From positions 9,486,001 through 9,550,000 of the forward strand of contig NC_043015.1 of assembly GCF_006345805.1 (NCBI RefSeq): a stretch of 64,000 nt of DNA, given 5' to 3'. This stretch comes from Octopus sinensis (taxonomy: Eukaryota). Positions 26,206 to 38,991 of this stretch are shown one piece after another; the first letter of the stretch is position 1; every line of letters begins with the position of its first letter. A program made the position numbers and the translations under genes. Under the pieces are notes generated by a model that was not told the origin of the DNA, searched no databases, and saw only the letters and a list, made by a program, of their open reading frames with translations.

Positions 26206-26226
26206 ATATATATATATACATATTTA

Positions 26227-26267
<41 letters not shown>

Positions 26268-26494
26268 ATATATATATATATATATATAGATATATATATA
26301 TATAATATTATATATATATATATATATAAACAAATCAAATTGCGATAAAATAAAAATAATATAATCGCTGGTATTACTAACACAAGCCATATATTTTTCA
26401 TATATCAGTACATTAAGGCGAATATGTGCTAGGAATACAGAAGCTTGATAAATTAAGTGAAATGATGATTAAAAACATTTACTAAACGCGTAAT

Positions 26495-26566
26495 TCTCAG
26501 ACTGCAGTTTCTTTCTTTTCAGCAATAAAGATAATTAATTTGCTCAGGGAGAATTCTTCAGTGAGA
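26495..26566 (-). ncRNA. Type I hammerhead ribozyme, family C (canonical core)
   Basis: Minus: tctca-CTGAAGA-attct..agcaa..ttgct..agaaa-GAAA-ctgca-GTC|tgaga; perfect 5-bp stem I; ACTGCAGT palindrome. Confidence 0.8.
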
Positions 26567-26889
26567 CCCTGTCTTTCTGGGATCCTAACTCACTAGAAGC
26601 ATGTGCTTCTAATGATTTACTCTCCCTAACTAATCATATCACTGCGCAGACTCCGAACGTCCCGACAAAACTAGGGAATTCTGGTATATCGCATGGCGCT
26701 CGTAATTTATCGAGAAATATGTAAACAAATCAAATTGCGATAAAATAAAAATAATTATAATCGCTGTATTACTAACACAAGACCATATATTTTTCATATA
26801 TCAGTACATTAAGGCGAATATGTGCTAGGAATACAGAAGCTTGATAAATAAGTGAAATGAAGATAAAAAACATTTACTAAACCGGTAAT

Positions 26890-26961
26890 TCTCAGACTGC
26901 AGTTTTTTTTCTTTTCAGCAATAAAGATAATTTATTTGCTCAGGGAGAATCTTCAGTGAGA
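26890..26961 (-). ncRNA. Type I hammerhead ribozyme, family C second copy (G12 lost or read error)
   Basis: tctca-CTGAAGA-ttct...agaaaaaaaa-ctgca-GTC|tgaga. Confidence 0.6.
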
Positions 26962-27354
26962 CCCTGTCTTTCTGGGATCCTAACTCACTAGAAGCATGTG
27001 CTCTAATGATTTACTCTCCCTAACTAATCATATCACTGCGCAGACTCCGAACGTCCCGACAAAACTAGGGAATTCTGGTATATCGCCTGGCGCTCGTAAT
27101 TTATCGAGAAATATGTAAACAAATCAATTGCGATAAAATAAAAATAATTATAATCGCTGGTATTACTAACACAAGCCATATGTTTTTCATATATCAGTAC
27201 ATTAAGGCGAAATATGTGCTAGGAATACAGAAGCTAGATAATATATAATATATATATATATATATATAAGATATATATTATATATATATATATATACATA
27301 TATAATATATATATATATACATGCTATACATATACATACAACATACATGCATAC

Positions 27355-27389
<35 letters not shown>

Positions 27390-27486
27390 TGATAAAACGG
27401 TAAGATAACAAAAAAGAAAGAGACCTCAATATTATGTAAATAGAGGGAATTTATCTATACAATATGTTACATTACTCGGTAGTCAA

Positions 27487-27547
27487 GATAAAACTCTGAG
27501 TTTCAGATGCCGAAGTGGAAATCCACAACACCATCTCATCGGTTATC
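27487..27547 (-). ncRNA. Hammerhead-like motif in the inverted pLTR
   Basis: gataa-CCGATGA-gatg...catc-t-GAAA-ctcaga-GTT|ttatc. Confidence 0.45.
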
Positions 27548-28908
27548 TGGCTATTTGAATACGTTATGAAAAATATACCCGTTAAAAATGAAGGGAAATT
27601 ACTCTGTTATAACTCTGCTTTGCCTGCGTACTTATACATCGCTCGTATTTTTCGTCATAAAAATTATATAAAAATACATAAAAATATATAAAAATATATA
27701 AAAATATATAAAATCTTCTTGGGACATAACACAGAAAGCATTTCTATCCGTTTTCTTTAGGGGACCAAAAACGTAACAGAAAATTTAGTCACATGTGGCA
27801 TGATCCGAAAAGCTCTGTCCTTGTATTTAGACATGTGGTAGGGTCTAAGCTGCTTTTCCAGATAAGCCATCTCTCCATTCAAAATTTATTTAAAAATATT
27901 AGTAAGAGGATTTCTAGCCTCTCATCTAATGAGGACATCTTCAATAGCGTGCCCCAGTTTATAATAAAGCTTTAAAAGATAGTGGTTTTAGCGAAAAAAT
28001 AAAATATACACTATCACCAGCCCAACAATAAGGAAAAGGAATAATAGAAATAGGAAGGTCATCTGTTTACGCCCCCTTACTCACCCGAGGTGGCCTTCAA
28101 TATAGGTAAATATTTCCTAGCACTGATAGATAGACATTTTCCAGTTAACCATGCTTATAGAAACTCTTCAATAGACACAATTTAAAAATTAGTTTTAGTT
28201 CAACTACCAATTTTAAAAACATAATCATCATAACATCAAAAAACACAAGAAGAAAACAGCTGTTCATGCAGGAATAAAGAATTGTGCCCGCTAAATGGAG
28301 CTTGCATGTCCAAGACCATCATATATGAAGCTACCGTAACTCTATAACCACTAAAGACACCGTTTCGACGAAGAAATACGTGGGCCTGACAGAGGGTATT
28401 AAGGCCAGGTTCAATAACCACACTTTGAGCTTTAGGCACTGGAACAAAACGACACAATTATCCAATCATATTTGGTCTTTAAAGAGATAAAGGTGGTCGA
28501 TTATAACATACAATGGAGATTTTGGCCAGATGTAAGCCATATACTAACGGCAGCGGAAGGTGCGGTTTATGCGACATGGAGAGATGGCTTATCTAGAAAA
28601 CAAGCTTAGACCCTACCACATGTCTAAATACAAGGACAGAGCTTTTCGGATCATGCCCACATGTGACTAAATTTTCTGTTACGTTTTTGGTCCCCTAAAG
28701 AAACGGATAGAACATGCTTTCTGTGTTATGTCCCAAGAAGATTTTATATATTTTTATATATTTTTATATATTTTTATGTGTTTTTATATAATATATTTTA
28801 TGACGAAAAATGCGAGCGATGTATAGTACGCAGGCAAAGCAGAGTTATAACAGAGTAATTTCCCTTCATTTTTAACGGTATATTTTTTCATAACGTTTTC
28901 AAATAGCA

Positions 28909-28972
28909 GATAACCGATGAGATGGTGTTGTGGATTTCCACTCCTTCGGCATCTGAAACTCAGAGTTTTATC
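28909..28972 (+). ncRNA. Hammerhead-like motif in the 3' pLTR (U4>C core variant)
   Basis: gataa-CCGATGA-gatg...catc-t-GAAA-ctcaga-GTT|ttatc; 5-bp stem I. Confidence 0.5.
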
Positions 28973-28995
28973 TTGACTACCGAGTAATGTAACAT

Positions 28996-29070
<75 letters not shown>

Positions 29071-29642
29071 GTGACATAAAGTTTTATCTACTCAGCTACT
29101 TATATAAAGTATAATTTGGCAAACAAAAATGTTGAATGTCATTTTTGTATAGTATTTGTCCTTTTCAAAATATTTTATCATATATTTTCGTTTGTCTCCA
29201 AATATACACTCGAGCTGAAAATCTATATGACTACAGTGGGCGAAATAAATTCGAAATGTAAGGAAAAGTATCGTAACCTTGCGTGTGTAGATAATGTTGT
29301 GTTATACATACAATATAAATGACTTATCAGATATTGGCCTTGCAAGATGTTTGTTCTGCTCTTTATTTTTAATAAACCCACTGGCAGTTTCCAAAACTAG
29401 TCCCTCAACATACACTCAATCTTATGGTTAGCCACTAACTTCCTAAACTGAGAAGGTTAAAGAATGCTGAAATCCCGATCACTCTTACTCGTAGCGAGGT
29501 AAGCAGACACTTATTTCCCCCTAGATATAAAAAGATGTGCTTATATATTATATCAAATGTCCATATGACAAATTCTCTCGTTGAGAGTAACGCAACATTG
29601 TGTTCTATCTCTATTTCGACACTTACGCACATAATTAAATAA

Positions 29643-29739
<97 letters not shown>

Positions 29740-30445
29740 TATATATGCAGCGGTAATCACACTAGGAGAGAAACGTTCATAGACGTGAAATCTGACCACA
29801 CAGCACACATACTGCACATACAGGGGAACATGCGCAAATAACAAACTGCTTCAGCACACAAGTATAAGAACAACATACCCAGAGCAAAAACAGAATAAAA
29901 CAAATTGACCGCACAGCAAATTGACAATAAAACTGATCAAATGAAGATAAACATCTAGAATATGTCACCCAAACGTAACTTCACTAGCGTCAACGATTCA
30001 TCGTTTCACTCACATGAATTTACGAGAATCTCCTCAAAAACAACGATGTTATTTTACAAAAGGCTCGCAAACACCTTTTTCTATGTGATCAGCTTTAAAA
30101 AATTGTTAAGGTACTAGGATGTTTTCCTAATTTTCTTATCATGAAACCAATGGTAGCCTTAATTCATAAATAAAGAAATTATATCCACCAATGCAGTGTT
30201 AGGCTCTCATATTCATCGTTCGATGAATATTTAGTTGTCTGAAGTCAGATCTGTCCAACATGGGCGGCTGTTAACGGACACGATGTCTCTGACCTCATAA
30301 CTCTGACACGCACTCGTTTAAAATTCCAGCCACGGTAAGTTCAGGAGTTAGATTTTGAGGAATTATATGTGTGTTTGTGTATACTCTGTTACTTGTTTAA
30401 ATCATTTGACTGCGGACATGCGGGAGCACCACATCAAAGTGTTTT

Positions 30446-30486
<41 letters not shown>

Positions 30487-31128
30487 TTGTAGATATGTAT
30501 GTTGTCACTTTCTTGGTTGCATTGTCGAATCGTTTTATGACTGAGTGTATATTTGGGGTAGGTATATAATATAATGCAAAACACTGCATGCTTATATGAG
30601 AATTATTTGTAAATATATGTGGTGTAAATGTATCAAAAATATAAAAAAAGTTTACGGCAAACGAATGTAAATAAACATTCTAACGAATTCTAAGAAATTG
30701 GAAAATAATTTTAGTAAAAATACTAATCATATATATTCGTAGAACGTGATTTGAAATTCACATTTCATAACATCTGTGTTATTATAACGATACGCATAAA
30801 TAAATATACGTGCGTGTTTGTGTATGCGTGTTTAAGTTTATTTGTATCTGTGTGTATGTATCGGTGCGCGCGCATGTATGTTTCATTGTTCAGTTTTATT
30901 TCAAAAAGTTTTGTCAATAGAGAGTCAGTTTGTAAATTAGATCGCAGTGTTCCTCATTGGAATTTCAACATGAGCAACTATGTGTTCCTGCTTGTATGTA
31001 TGTATGTATGTAGGTATATGTGTATACGTGCATATTTGTATGCTTTGTTTTATGTATGTGTTCTAAGGCATGTAGTTGTATATCTAGACATGCAGATATA
31101 TACTTAAATAGTGTTAGGATAATTCGAT

Positions 31129-32903
31129 CCCGTTTATTTCTTCCTTGGTTATTTTGTCCCTAATCAATTCGTTGTTGATTATTTCATCCCCACGTCATTT
31201 CGGCACTAACCAATTCGTCCCAAAATACTATTAAGTGAGATTTTCGGAGGAAAGTTTAGAACAATCACTTTAGAATTAAAATTGTCGTTGTATAGTTTTA
31301 GATAATTTTTTTCTTTCTTTAACCCCTACCTCAGGCTTTTCCCCTTCTCTCCCTCTCTCTCTTCTCTTTCTCTCTCCCTCTCTCTCAAATATCTGTGTTG
31401 AAAAGTTTACAAACAGATTTTCAAGCAAATCAAATTTAATTTATTCAAGACGCATACACATGAACATGACTACCTGGAAGTTCATAACGTCAGCGAAAAA
31501 AAAAATGTAAGGGATCGATCACGAAAATTATATATACAAAACATTTAAGTGAAGATGTATTGAAGAGATACTGGAGGTGCGAAAATTATGTGTGCAAAGT
31601 GAGACTTAATAGAGATGAAAATTATAAAGAGCTCGAGGAGATTGGTATCCACAATCACGCTTCAACTGCTGCAGATGTAAATGCAAGGATAAAAGTTTTA
31701 AATATTAAAGTAAAGTCTATTTCATCTTGTGATACCCCTCACTCACTTATCATTACTAAATTTCAGAATTGTCGTAAATACCATCGTTTGCAGTGCTTAA
31801 TAGGAAAATTTGATGTTATAGGCTAGTTGATTCCAGCAATCCTGCCAACGCACTTACAAATGTCGGGTTTTCCATTTGAAGTGAATACTCCTACCTTGAA
31901 AATGAGGAATATCTTGACAGTGGTTTGAAAGATTCAAAGCGAATTCTAATGTTTGCAAGTGACGAAGCACTCCAATAGTTACAACACAAGAACTGGCTGC
32001 GAATAGAGTGTTGCTCTAGTATATATTATCAGTTATATATATACTTCAGATTGATAATTTTAATACCCCAGGATGTTTCACCTTGCTCTGTGAAAAAAGT
32101 CACGACACATTTAGTAGATGTTTTGCCAAAATAAATGAATTACTGCAGAAAGAGTGACCTGAGAATATAATTATGGATTTCGAAAAAGCAGCGCGTAACG
32201 GATATCTGGATTCATTTCCTGGATCGGATTTATCCGATTTGGTATGCTGCATGTTTTATTTAGCATAAAATGTGTACAAACATGCTGTGCAAAAATTACT
32301 AAAATGCAGATATCACGATTACAGTATTAGCCTAAAAATTTGGTGGTGTGTTGCCCTTGCCTTCTTGTCAGTTGATGATGTTGTAGATGGATATGAACAA
32401 CTTGTAGATAATGACGATATTCCACCGTCAATTTAATCCTCTTTTGAAAAAAGTTTATATAGAACCACCTAGAAGAAGGGGACGGAGGAGGCGATTCCTT
32501 TAACCTTCATTTCTAGTTTAGAACCCTGCCATAAGGCGCTGAAAAGTAAAATGAATATTAGTCTTCCAAATAACTGGGAACTCATTGATGTGATTACATG
32601 TGAGGAAACGTTTGTCAGTACCAAATTGCAGAAGTTTATGTAAGGAGAAAAACCAAGCCAAAAGAAAAAATACAGATATGAAGCTGCGTATGAAAAATCT
32701 TGGAAAAATATGATCCAAGCCCAAAAATTATTTTTCTAAAGGCAATTACACACAATGTAACATTGTCTACCTTAAGAAAGGTAGACATGTAATCCAGCGA
32801 ACCTTAATACAAATGTTTGTAATTCAGATATTCAATCTTACATTTTTCCTATGATCTCGACGAAGTGGTTGACGACAAATTGATTCGGAACAAATTAAAC
32901 GGG
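31129..32903 (+). mobile_element. Mutator-like (FLYWCH + MULE transposase) DNA transposon, degenerate
   Basis: RYWRCENYVCKVRL...GIHNH; DSKRILMFASDEAL; IIMDFEKAARN...FP; ALAFL..DDVVDGY; decayed inverted repeats 31153-31188 / 32859-32894. Confidence 0.85.
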
Positions 32904-33030
32904 CACCATGTAACTGAAAAATCCATGGAAAGTTTTACATATTTTTCCCGTGATGGATTTGTATTGTGTAGTATTCGAATTAGCTTTCGCTGTTCCGGTC
33001 ATGAGAACCGTAATTTCTCAAGATGGTATT

Positions 33031-33098
<68 letters not shown>

Positions 33099-34806
33099 CA
33101 GTGTGTGAACACGGGTGCGTGTATGTATATGTGTGTTAGTGCATGTGTCTATGTGTGTGCGTGATTGTGTGTGACTCTGTGTGTGCGTGTTTGTATAGGG
33201 TTGTTTTAAAGCGAGATTGTTCTGATTTGCATGAGAAGAAACTTTCTTTGGAAATGCAAAAGTCACAAAACCACTTGAGCTTCAATATATCTTTCGGAAA
33301 TCAATCATTTCTATGACGGATATTTTGATTTCTTGACCTCCATTTCTAAATCATACACGGCCTGCACGCAGGATATTGTCTATGAATAACATATGGGGAC
33401 ATTCAGACCTTTAATTTAGTTAAAATATTTATAATATTGAATGAGCAGATTATGTTGTAAAGCATAGTGAATGAAACTAATCATTTGTAAGGAAGTTGGC
33501 CTCAATTATTTCTCGTAACTTCAAAGACCAAATACTGGCACTCTGGTAAACGTCCCTGATTATTTGGTATAGTGTGTTTGATTAAATATTACCTACTGAA
33601 CGTGAATACCTCTCCACAAATTCTCACCATCTAGGATAGTTTGTTTCCATGAAGGAAGTACGGTATAATATAATTCGTTTGAGATTTGGTTGATAATTCT
33701 TATAGGGCAACCCGAAATATTTATATCCTTGAATGAGTTGGTATTCGTGTAATATTCTCAATAGTATTTACTGTAGACAGGTGTTCACCGAGAGAATCAC
33801 TGAATCACCGAAACAATACTTATTCTTGATGCAATTGTATCTGCAGGGAACGGTATCATAATGTGATCTTAATTTCTTGTTCTTCAGAGTTGTTTTTAGG
33901 CAAACATCGAACATCTCACTCTTCAATCACTCCTTGTTAACAATTATTTCCACGTGTTCGGTTATAAAATTTGATTTCAATTACACGGAAAAGAAACATG
34001 TGAAGTGACATTATCAAATAAATTTTATTTAGAATACGTTTGACTACAGTAAAAGTAAGAAAGCTACACGCCATTACCTTATGCGTTGCTAGATAGCAAC
34101 GTCTATTTAATTAGGTGCACTACAAAGTTTAATTGTTCTTTGATCCTTAACAATCACTCTTATACACCTTAATGGTCATAAAGAATAGATTTAATTTCAT
34201 TTCTACAACCTGCTTTTCTGAAAACTTTGATATATGTCATCAGTATTTGACGTGGGAAACAACTCAATTGCAGAGATTTTTAATGCTACGTTTTAAAACT
34301 TCCATGTAAATTTACCTCGAATGTGAAGCACGGAAATCATACCTGAAATTACCGAATCCGGTTAGCAATTAATGTCGTATAAGAACAGAACATTTAGTGT
34401 TTATATACGAATCTAGTTATATTATGAAGTAATAAACGTTCAAAGATAATCCGGGAATTATTCCTATTTATTCTTTTAAATTTATGATTCAATGCAAACA
34501 TATTTATCACGTTAAAGATAATTAAGTTATCTTAAGGATTAATGCTGAAGTAGTGTAACTAATTATCTGGAATACTGGATATTGGAAAATGCATGCCAAG
34601 GGCATTTATTTCAAAGTATATATTGTACGATAAATAAAAAAGGATTACGTTTCATTGATATTTTCCTTTTGATCTACTCATTTCACCTGACGTGCGCACG
34701 CACGTCCATTCATACATGCATACATAAATGCATGCATACATAAATGCATGCATACATACAAGCATAGATACACACACACACGCGCATATATATATATATA
34801 TATATA

Positions 34807-35076
34807 CATATACATACATGGATACATATATATAAATTGTGCATAAGTGTGTAACGATGTATTACACATCATAGGATTTGTATTCGCTGAATCCGGGGGT
34901 GTTTACACTTAAGGGATTTGGCGATGAGTTACATACCTTTTACCTTTCTCCTCAAACAAGTGATTTTTTACGTAGAACAAGTACATTTTCTAGACCTATT
35001 CATATATATATAGGCATGTATATATATAATTGTGTATATATATATATGTATATATAGACGTATATATATATATATC

Positions 35077-35107
<31 letters not shown>

Positions 35108-35395
35108 TATATATACATATACATACATGGATACATATATATAAATTGTGCATAAGTGTGTAACGATGTATTACACATCATAGGATTTGTATTCGCTGAA
35201 TCCGGGGGTGTTTACACTTAAGGGATTTGGCGATGAGTTACATACCTTTTACCTTTCTCCTCAAACAAGTGATTTTTTACGTAGAACAAGTACATTTTCT
35301 AGACCTATTCATATATATATAGGCATGTATATATATAATTGTGTATATATATATATGTATATATAGACGTATATATATATATATATATATCTATA

Positions 35396-35430
<35 letters not shown>
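34807..35430. repeat. Near-exact 309-bp tandem duplication bounded by (TA)n
   Basis: Copies start 34807 and 35116; I found no differences in the non-microsatellite core. Confidence 0.9.
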
Positions 35431-35434
<4 letters not shown>

Positions 35435-36016
35435 TGCATAAAAACTAAATACATTTTTTTTTTAATAACCTTAAAGTATTTAATTTCAAAATTCTTGATA
35501 GTTGATAATCATGCGTTTGTGGTTGATATTATATTGTATTTCTGCTGCGAACTCTTTGCAACAGTTAATATAACTTACAAACGATATACTTCTATTAGAT
35601 CCATCTTTAAACATTTCTAAGGAATTTTATAACAATGGAACGATGCCTGGATTAATGCAAGGAACATCACGCAGTTTCACTGCTACAAACTAATTAAGCC
35701 AGATTGTCTTTCACTTGAGATATGAATTTTTTTTTAAAATCATTTATTGTAGCTGATGAGTTTATTGCAAATATGGATTGAACGGAGCTTATTGCAGTAA
35801 TAGGTGTTATTTTTCCCCAGCTTTAGAAGCCATTAAAGCAGCACTGGAGAGATTGTTAATGTACACATTATTCATATATATTTATACCTTTCGAAACTTT
35901 ATATATTCCTGCAATAGAAAATAAGCTGACACTTATTTGGAGTCTTCCTTTATGTTAACTATGGTGTAATATATGTTTTAGTATTCTTATAGCATTATCA
36001 CCCATTATATACATAC

Positions 36017-36725
36017 TGTTGTGTAGGGAAAATATATACCCCTCCCGTGAAAAAAAAAATGGTAATTGATAGCCATTATAAATAGACCAGTAGCCAATGC
36101 GAGTAGACCGAGTACGAGAAGACAGCTGTGTCTGTGCTGATATAGTAGTTATTCTGTAATACTGAGTGGGCATTATAACAATCGAAAGCTTTGAGGGTAA
36201 TAACATTGTACGACTGGGACTCCTGCAGTGCCAGATAATACAATTCTGTTGACGACTTCGGAATGAAACAATATCTGCCAGAGCAACAATCGTTGTCAAA
36301 AGACAGATACAATAGTGACAAAAGAATGTCGTACAAGAGTGGCGACGGGGAAACACAAATTTAAGCGGAGTGAAAGGAAAACAAAATTCACACAGAGAGT
36401 TTAAACTAATTCAACGTGGAGAATAAAATATCTCGACATAAACGAAAAAAGATCTCGTGCAAATTTAAGAAAATCGTAAAATATGGAAGACTTGTTAGCT
36501 GAGATACTTGGGTTGCTAAAACAGCAAAAAGAACAACAGAACGAACAACGAGAAAAACAACAAGGATTGCCGCAGCAAATTTTACAACTGATGCAGTTGA
36601 ATAACCAAACTGGAGAACACATTTTCACCTGGCCATGTAGCAAATTCCAGAAACGAATTCAAATATAACCCCGAAGAAATAGTAACCATCCAGGCTTACT
36701 TTCGAAGATTTCAATAGATATTTCA
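36017..36725 (+). mobile_element. Gypsy-type LTR retrotransposon 5' end: LTR (36017-36335), PBS (36340-36351), gag start (36483)
   Basis: TGT...ACA ends, tataaata inside, TGGCGACGGGGA (11/12 to the tRNA-Ser(GCU) 3'-end complement), MEDLLAEIL..Q-rich, then EFKYNPEEIVTIQAYFRRF; no second LTR. Confidence 0.65.
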
Positions 36726-36729
36726 ATCC

Positions 36730-37790
36730 TGAATTAGTACAAGGAAAAACAGCGCAATTTTAGCTTTAAGTTTAGTGTTGGAGATATAAGGGATCTCTTC
36801 GTGGAAACTATAGATCTGGCGAGCCTGGTTATAATATGGGGCGTAATTGATAAAGGCGTCATTAGTTGATAAGTTGATTTTGATAGATATACCAGTCAAT
36901 ATGTTACTAAGGGAACATACAGGGTGATTGTATAGGATGTTGATATATTCTAACGACTGACTGGATTTATGTAAAGGGTAATATAGATTCACATCTAAGT
37001 CGTGGGTGATTCTACGTAATTAGCAAATGTGACGTTAGTTTGAAAAGACACATTCAGGTTAAAATTTCTTTTTAATCTAAAAAGGGATTTACTGGCTCGT
37101 TTGACAGCAGATCGAAATAAAGTACTGCCTATAAGTAGTGCATCATCCCTGTACTGGAATTTGAAGAGGTTGCGGAAATCTTGATTAGTTTGGGTCAGAA
37201 GGAATAGGCCGACCACTTCAGTAACCTGGCGGGAGTCGGATGAGCGAATGAGTTTTATTAAACAAATCCTTACACAGGTTGCAGCCCCAATAATTATCCT
37301 TGAAGTAAATTAGCGATTTCATAGCAGCTAGAATGATGTCGATGTCTGATCGGGAGTAATGTACATACATTCTCGCGAAGATTAGGGCCATATTTAACAT
37401 GATAGGTGATATGGGAACACAATAATTAGGAATAAAAAAGATAAGGAAATGCGTAGTTTATTAGGATGGGAGTGGAACCAAGTGAAAACGTCACCAGTAC
37501 AATTTAGAAGTGTAGCTAAATCTTTACTCCAACTAATAGGCTAATTCAACTCATGTCTGATTTAGTAGGGCAGATCAGTCTAATAAAAGATTTAGTTTAG
37601 ATGTCGGGTATATAGTCTTTCAGGATGAAGTGAGCCGGGTTAGGTACGTTTGGTTTACTTCTCTCTCCTGGTCTAAGATCCTAGATATGCTTACAATGGC
37701 GGTTCTTAATGACATTCAGAGCACTGCTTTGGGATATATGATAATCCCCCTCCTCACAGATTGTCGGACCTTGTGCCTATCACTCGAAAT
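36730..37790 (-). mobile_element. PLE (Naiad-like) reverse transcriptase, degenerate
   Basis: AHFILKDY...RLICPTKSD, DIILAAMKSLIYF, VGLFLL, QYRDDAL, YYPLHK...YINILYNHP. Confidence 0.75.
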
Positions 37791-37847
37791 AATTATTATT
37801 GTTACTAAAAATCCTACATTGGTAGCAGTAATATTTGTAATAACATA

Positions 37848-38390
37848 AGTCGGCGAGCTGGCAGAAACGTTAGCACACCGGGCGAAATGCTTAGCGATAT
37901 TTCCTCTACTGTTACTTTCTGAGTTCAAGTTCCGCCGAGGTCGACTCTGCCTTTCATCCTTTTGGGGTTGATAAATTAAGTACCATTTACGCACTTGGTC
38001 GATATAATCGACTTAATCCCTTTGTCTGTCCTTGTTTGTCCCCTCTGTGTTTAGCCCCTTGTGGGTAATGAAGAAATAGGTATTTCGTCTGTCTTTAAGT
38101 TCTGAGTTCGATATTCCACCGAGGTCGAGTTTGCCTTTCATCCTTTTGGGATCGATTAAATAAGTATCAGTTACGCACTGGGGTCCATATAATCGACTTA
38201 ATCCGTTTGTCCTCTCTGTGTTTAGCCCCTTGTTGGTAGTTCTGAGTTCGATATTCCACCGAGGTCGACTTTGCTTTTCATCATTTTAGGGTCGATAAAT
38301 TATGTAACAGTTGCGTACATAATCCACTGGCTCCCACCCCTAAAATGTTGGGTTTTGTGCCTAGAATAGAAAAGAATATTTGTATTAAGT
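37848..38390 (+). mobile_element. Full tRNA-derived SINE followed head-to-tail by two partial copies
   Basis: ggcgagctggcagaaacgttagc... head; ttctgagttc...ccgaggtcga body three times. Confidence 0.85.
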
Positions 38391-38837
38391 TAATTGTAGT
38401 GTAGTAGGCTTTGTTTTATTTTTATTATTAATATTTCATAACAATAATTATCATCACACCTACAAAATAACGGTTTCTGCATTATTTCATTTCTGTTATT
38501 TTTTTTCCTTCCTATGTTTTCATATTTATTCTTATCTGCTAGTTCAGTACAAAACATCTTACGCTTAGCTGTTTTATATTCTTAACACTGTTTTGAAATG
38601 TTTTCACGCAGTTATTTTCTATTAGAATATGAATCATTCATTATGAATACAAGTTGACATAACTCCCAACTAACAATAGGATATTCAACATTTAATAAAT
38701 CATACATTTTCAGTCACCTATAAATTGTGAGTGTAAATTCAACCATTAACTGTACTTAGAAATGTCATTTCAAAAAGTAACAATTAATTATGTTCGCCAA
38801 AATCACTTTGCAATACATTTAACACATTGCGTCGTCG

Positions 38838-38883
<46 letters not shown>

Positions 38884-38991
38884 TCTCATCGTCGTTAGTG
38901 TTTTCTTTGTAATATTTCGTTCAGCTGGACTTCCATCTTCGTCAACTTAAATCTCGTCGACAATATCACCATAAGCATAGTAAACGCCATT

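Larger units (their letters stand above)
26327..27240 (-). mobile_element. HHR tandem array family C: ~2.3 x ~394-nt unit (retrozyme-like)
   Basis: Units start 26327, 26722, 27116; near identical, differing mainly by 1-nt indels; (TA)n on both flanks. Confidence 0.8.
27400..29003 (+). mobile_element. 5'-truncated PLE (Naiad-like GIY-YIG region) with inverted pseudo-LTR at its 5' end
   Basis: SIQNLFKNISKRISSLSSNEDIF, PYS..AFNIGKYFLALIDRHFP, CSCRNKELCPLNGACMSKTIIYEATV, YVGLTEG..RFNNH, RCGLCDME; 27456-27878 is the reverse complement of 28576-29003; clade from motif recall. Confidence 0.88.

Noticed and set aside
26540-26725. ~55-codon plus-strand open frame after a tttctttcttttcag acceptor-like site
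   Set aside because: Frame differs between copies; the pyrimidine run is the antisense of the HHR purine strand; no homology recognised
23629-27240. CRISPR or satellite interpretation of the tandem arrays
   Set aside because: No short repeat-spacer pattern or cas genes; eukaryotic context; 2-3 long units with HHR motifs fit better
28250-28580. Selenocysteine (UGA) recoding, reported for some Naiad PLEs
   Set aside because: The conserved Cys positions I read here are TGT/TGC
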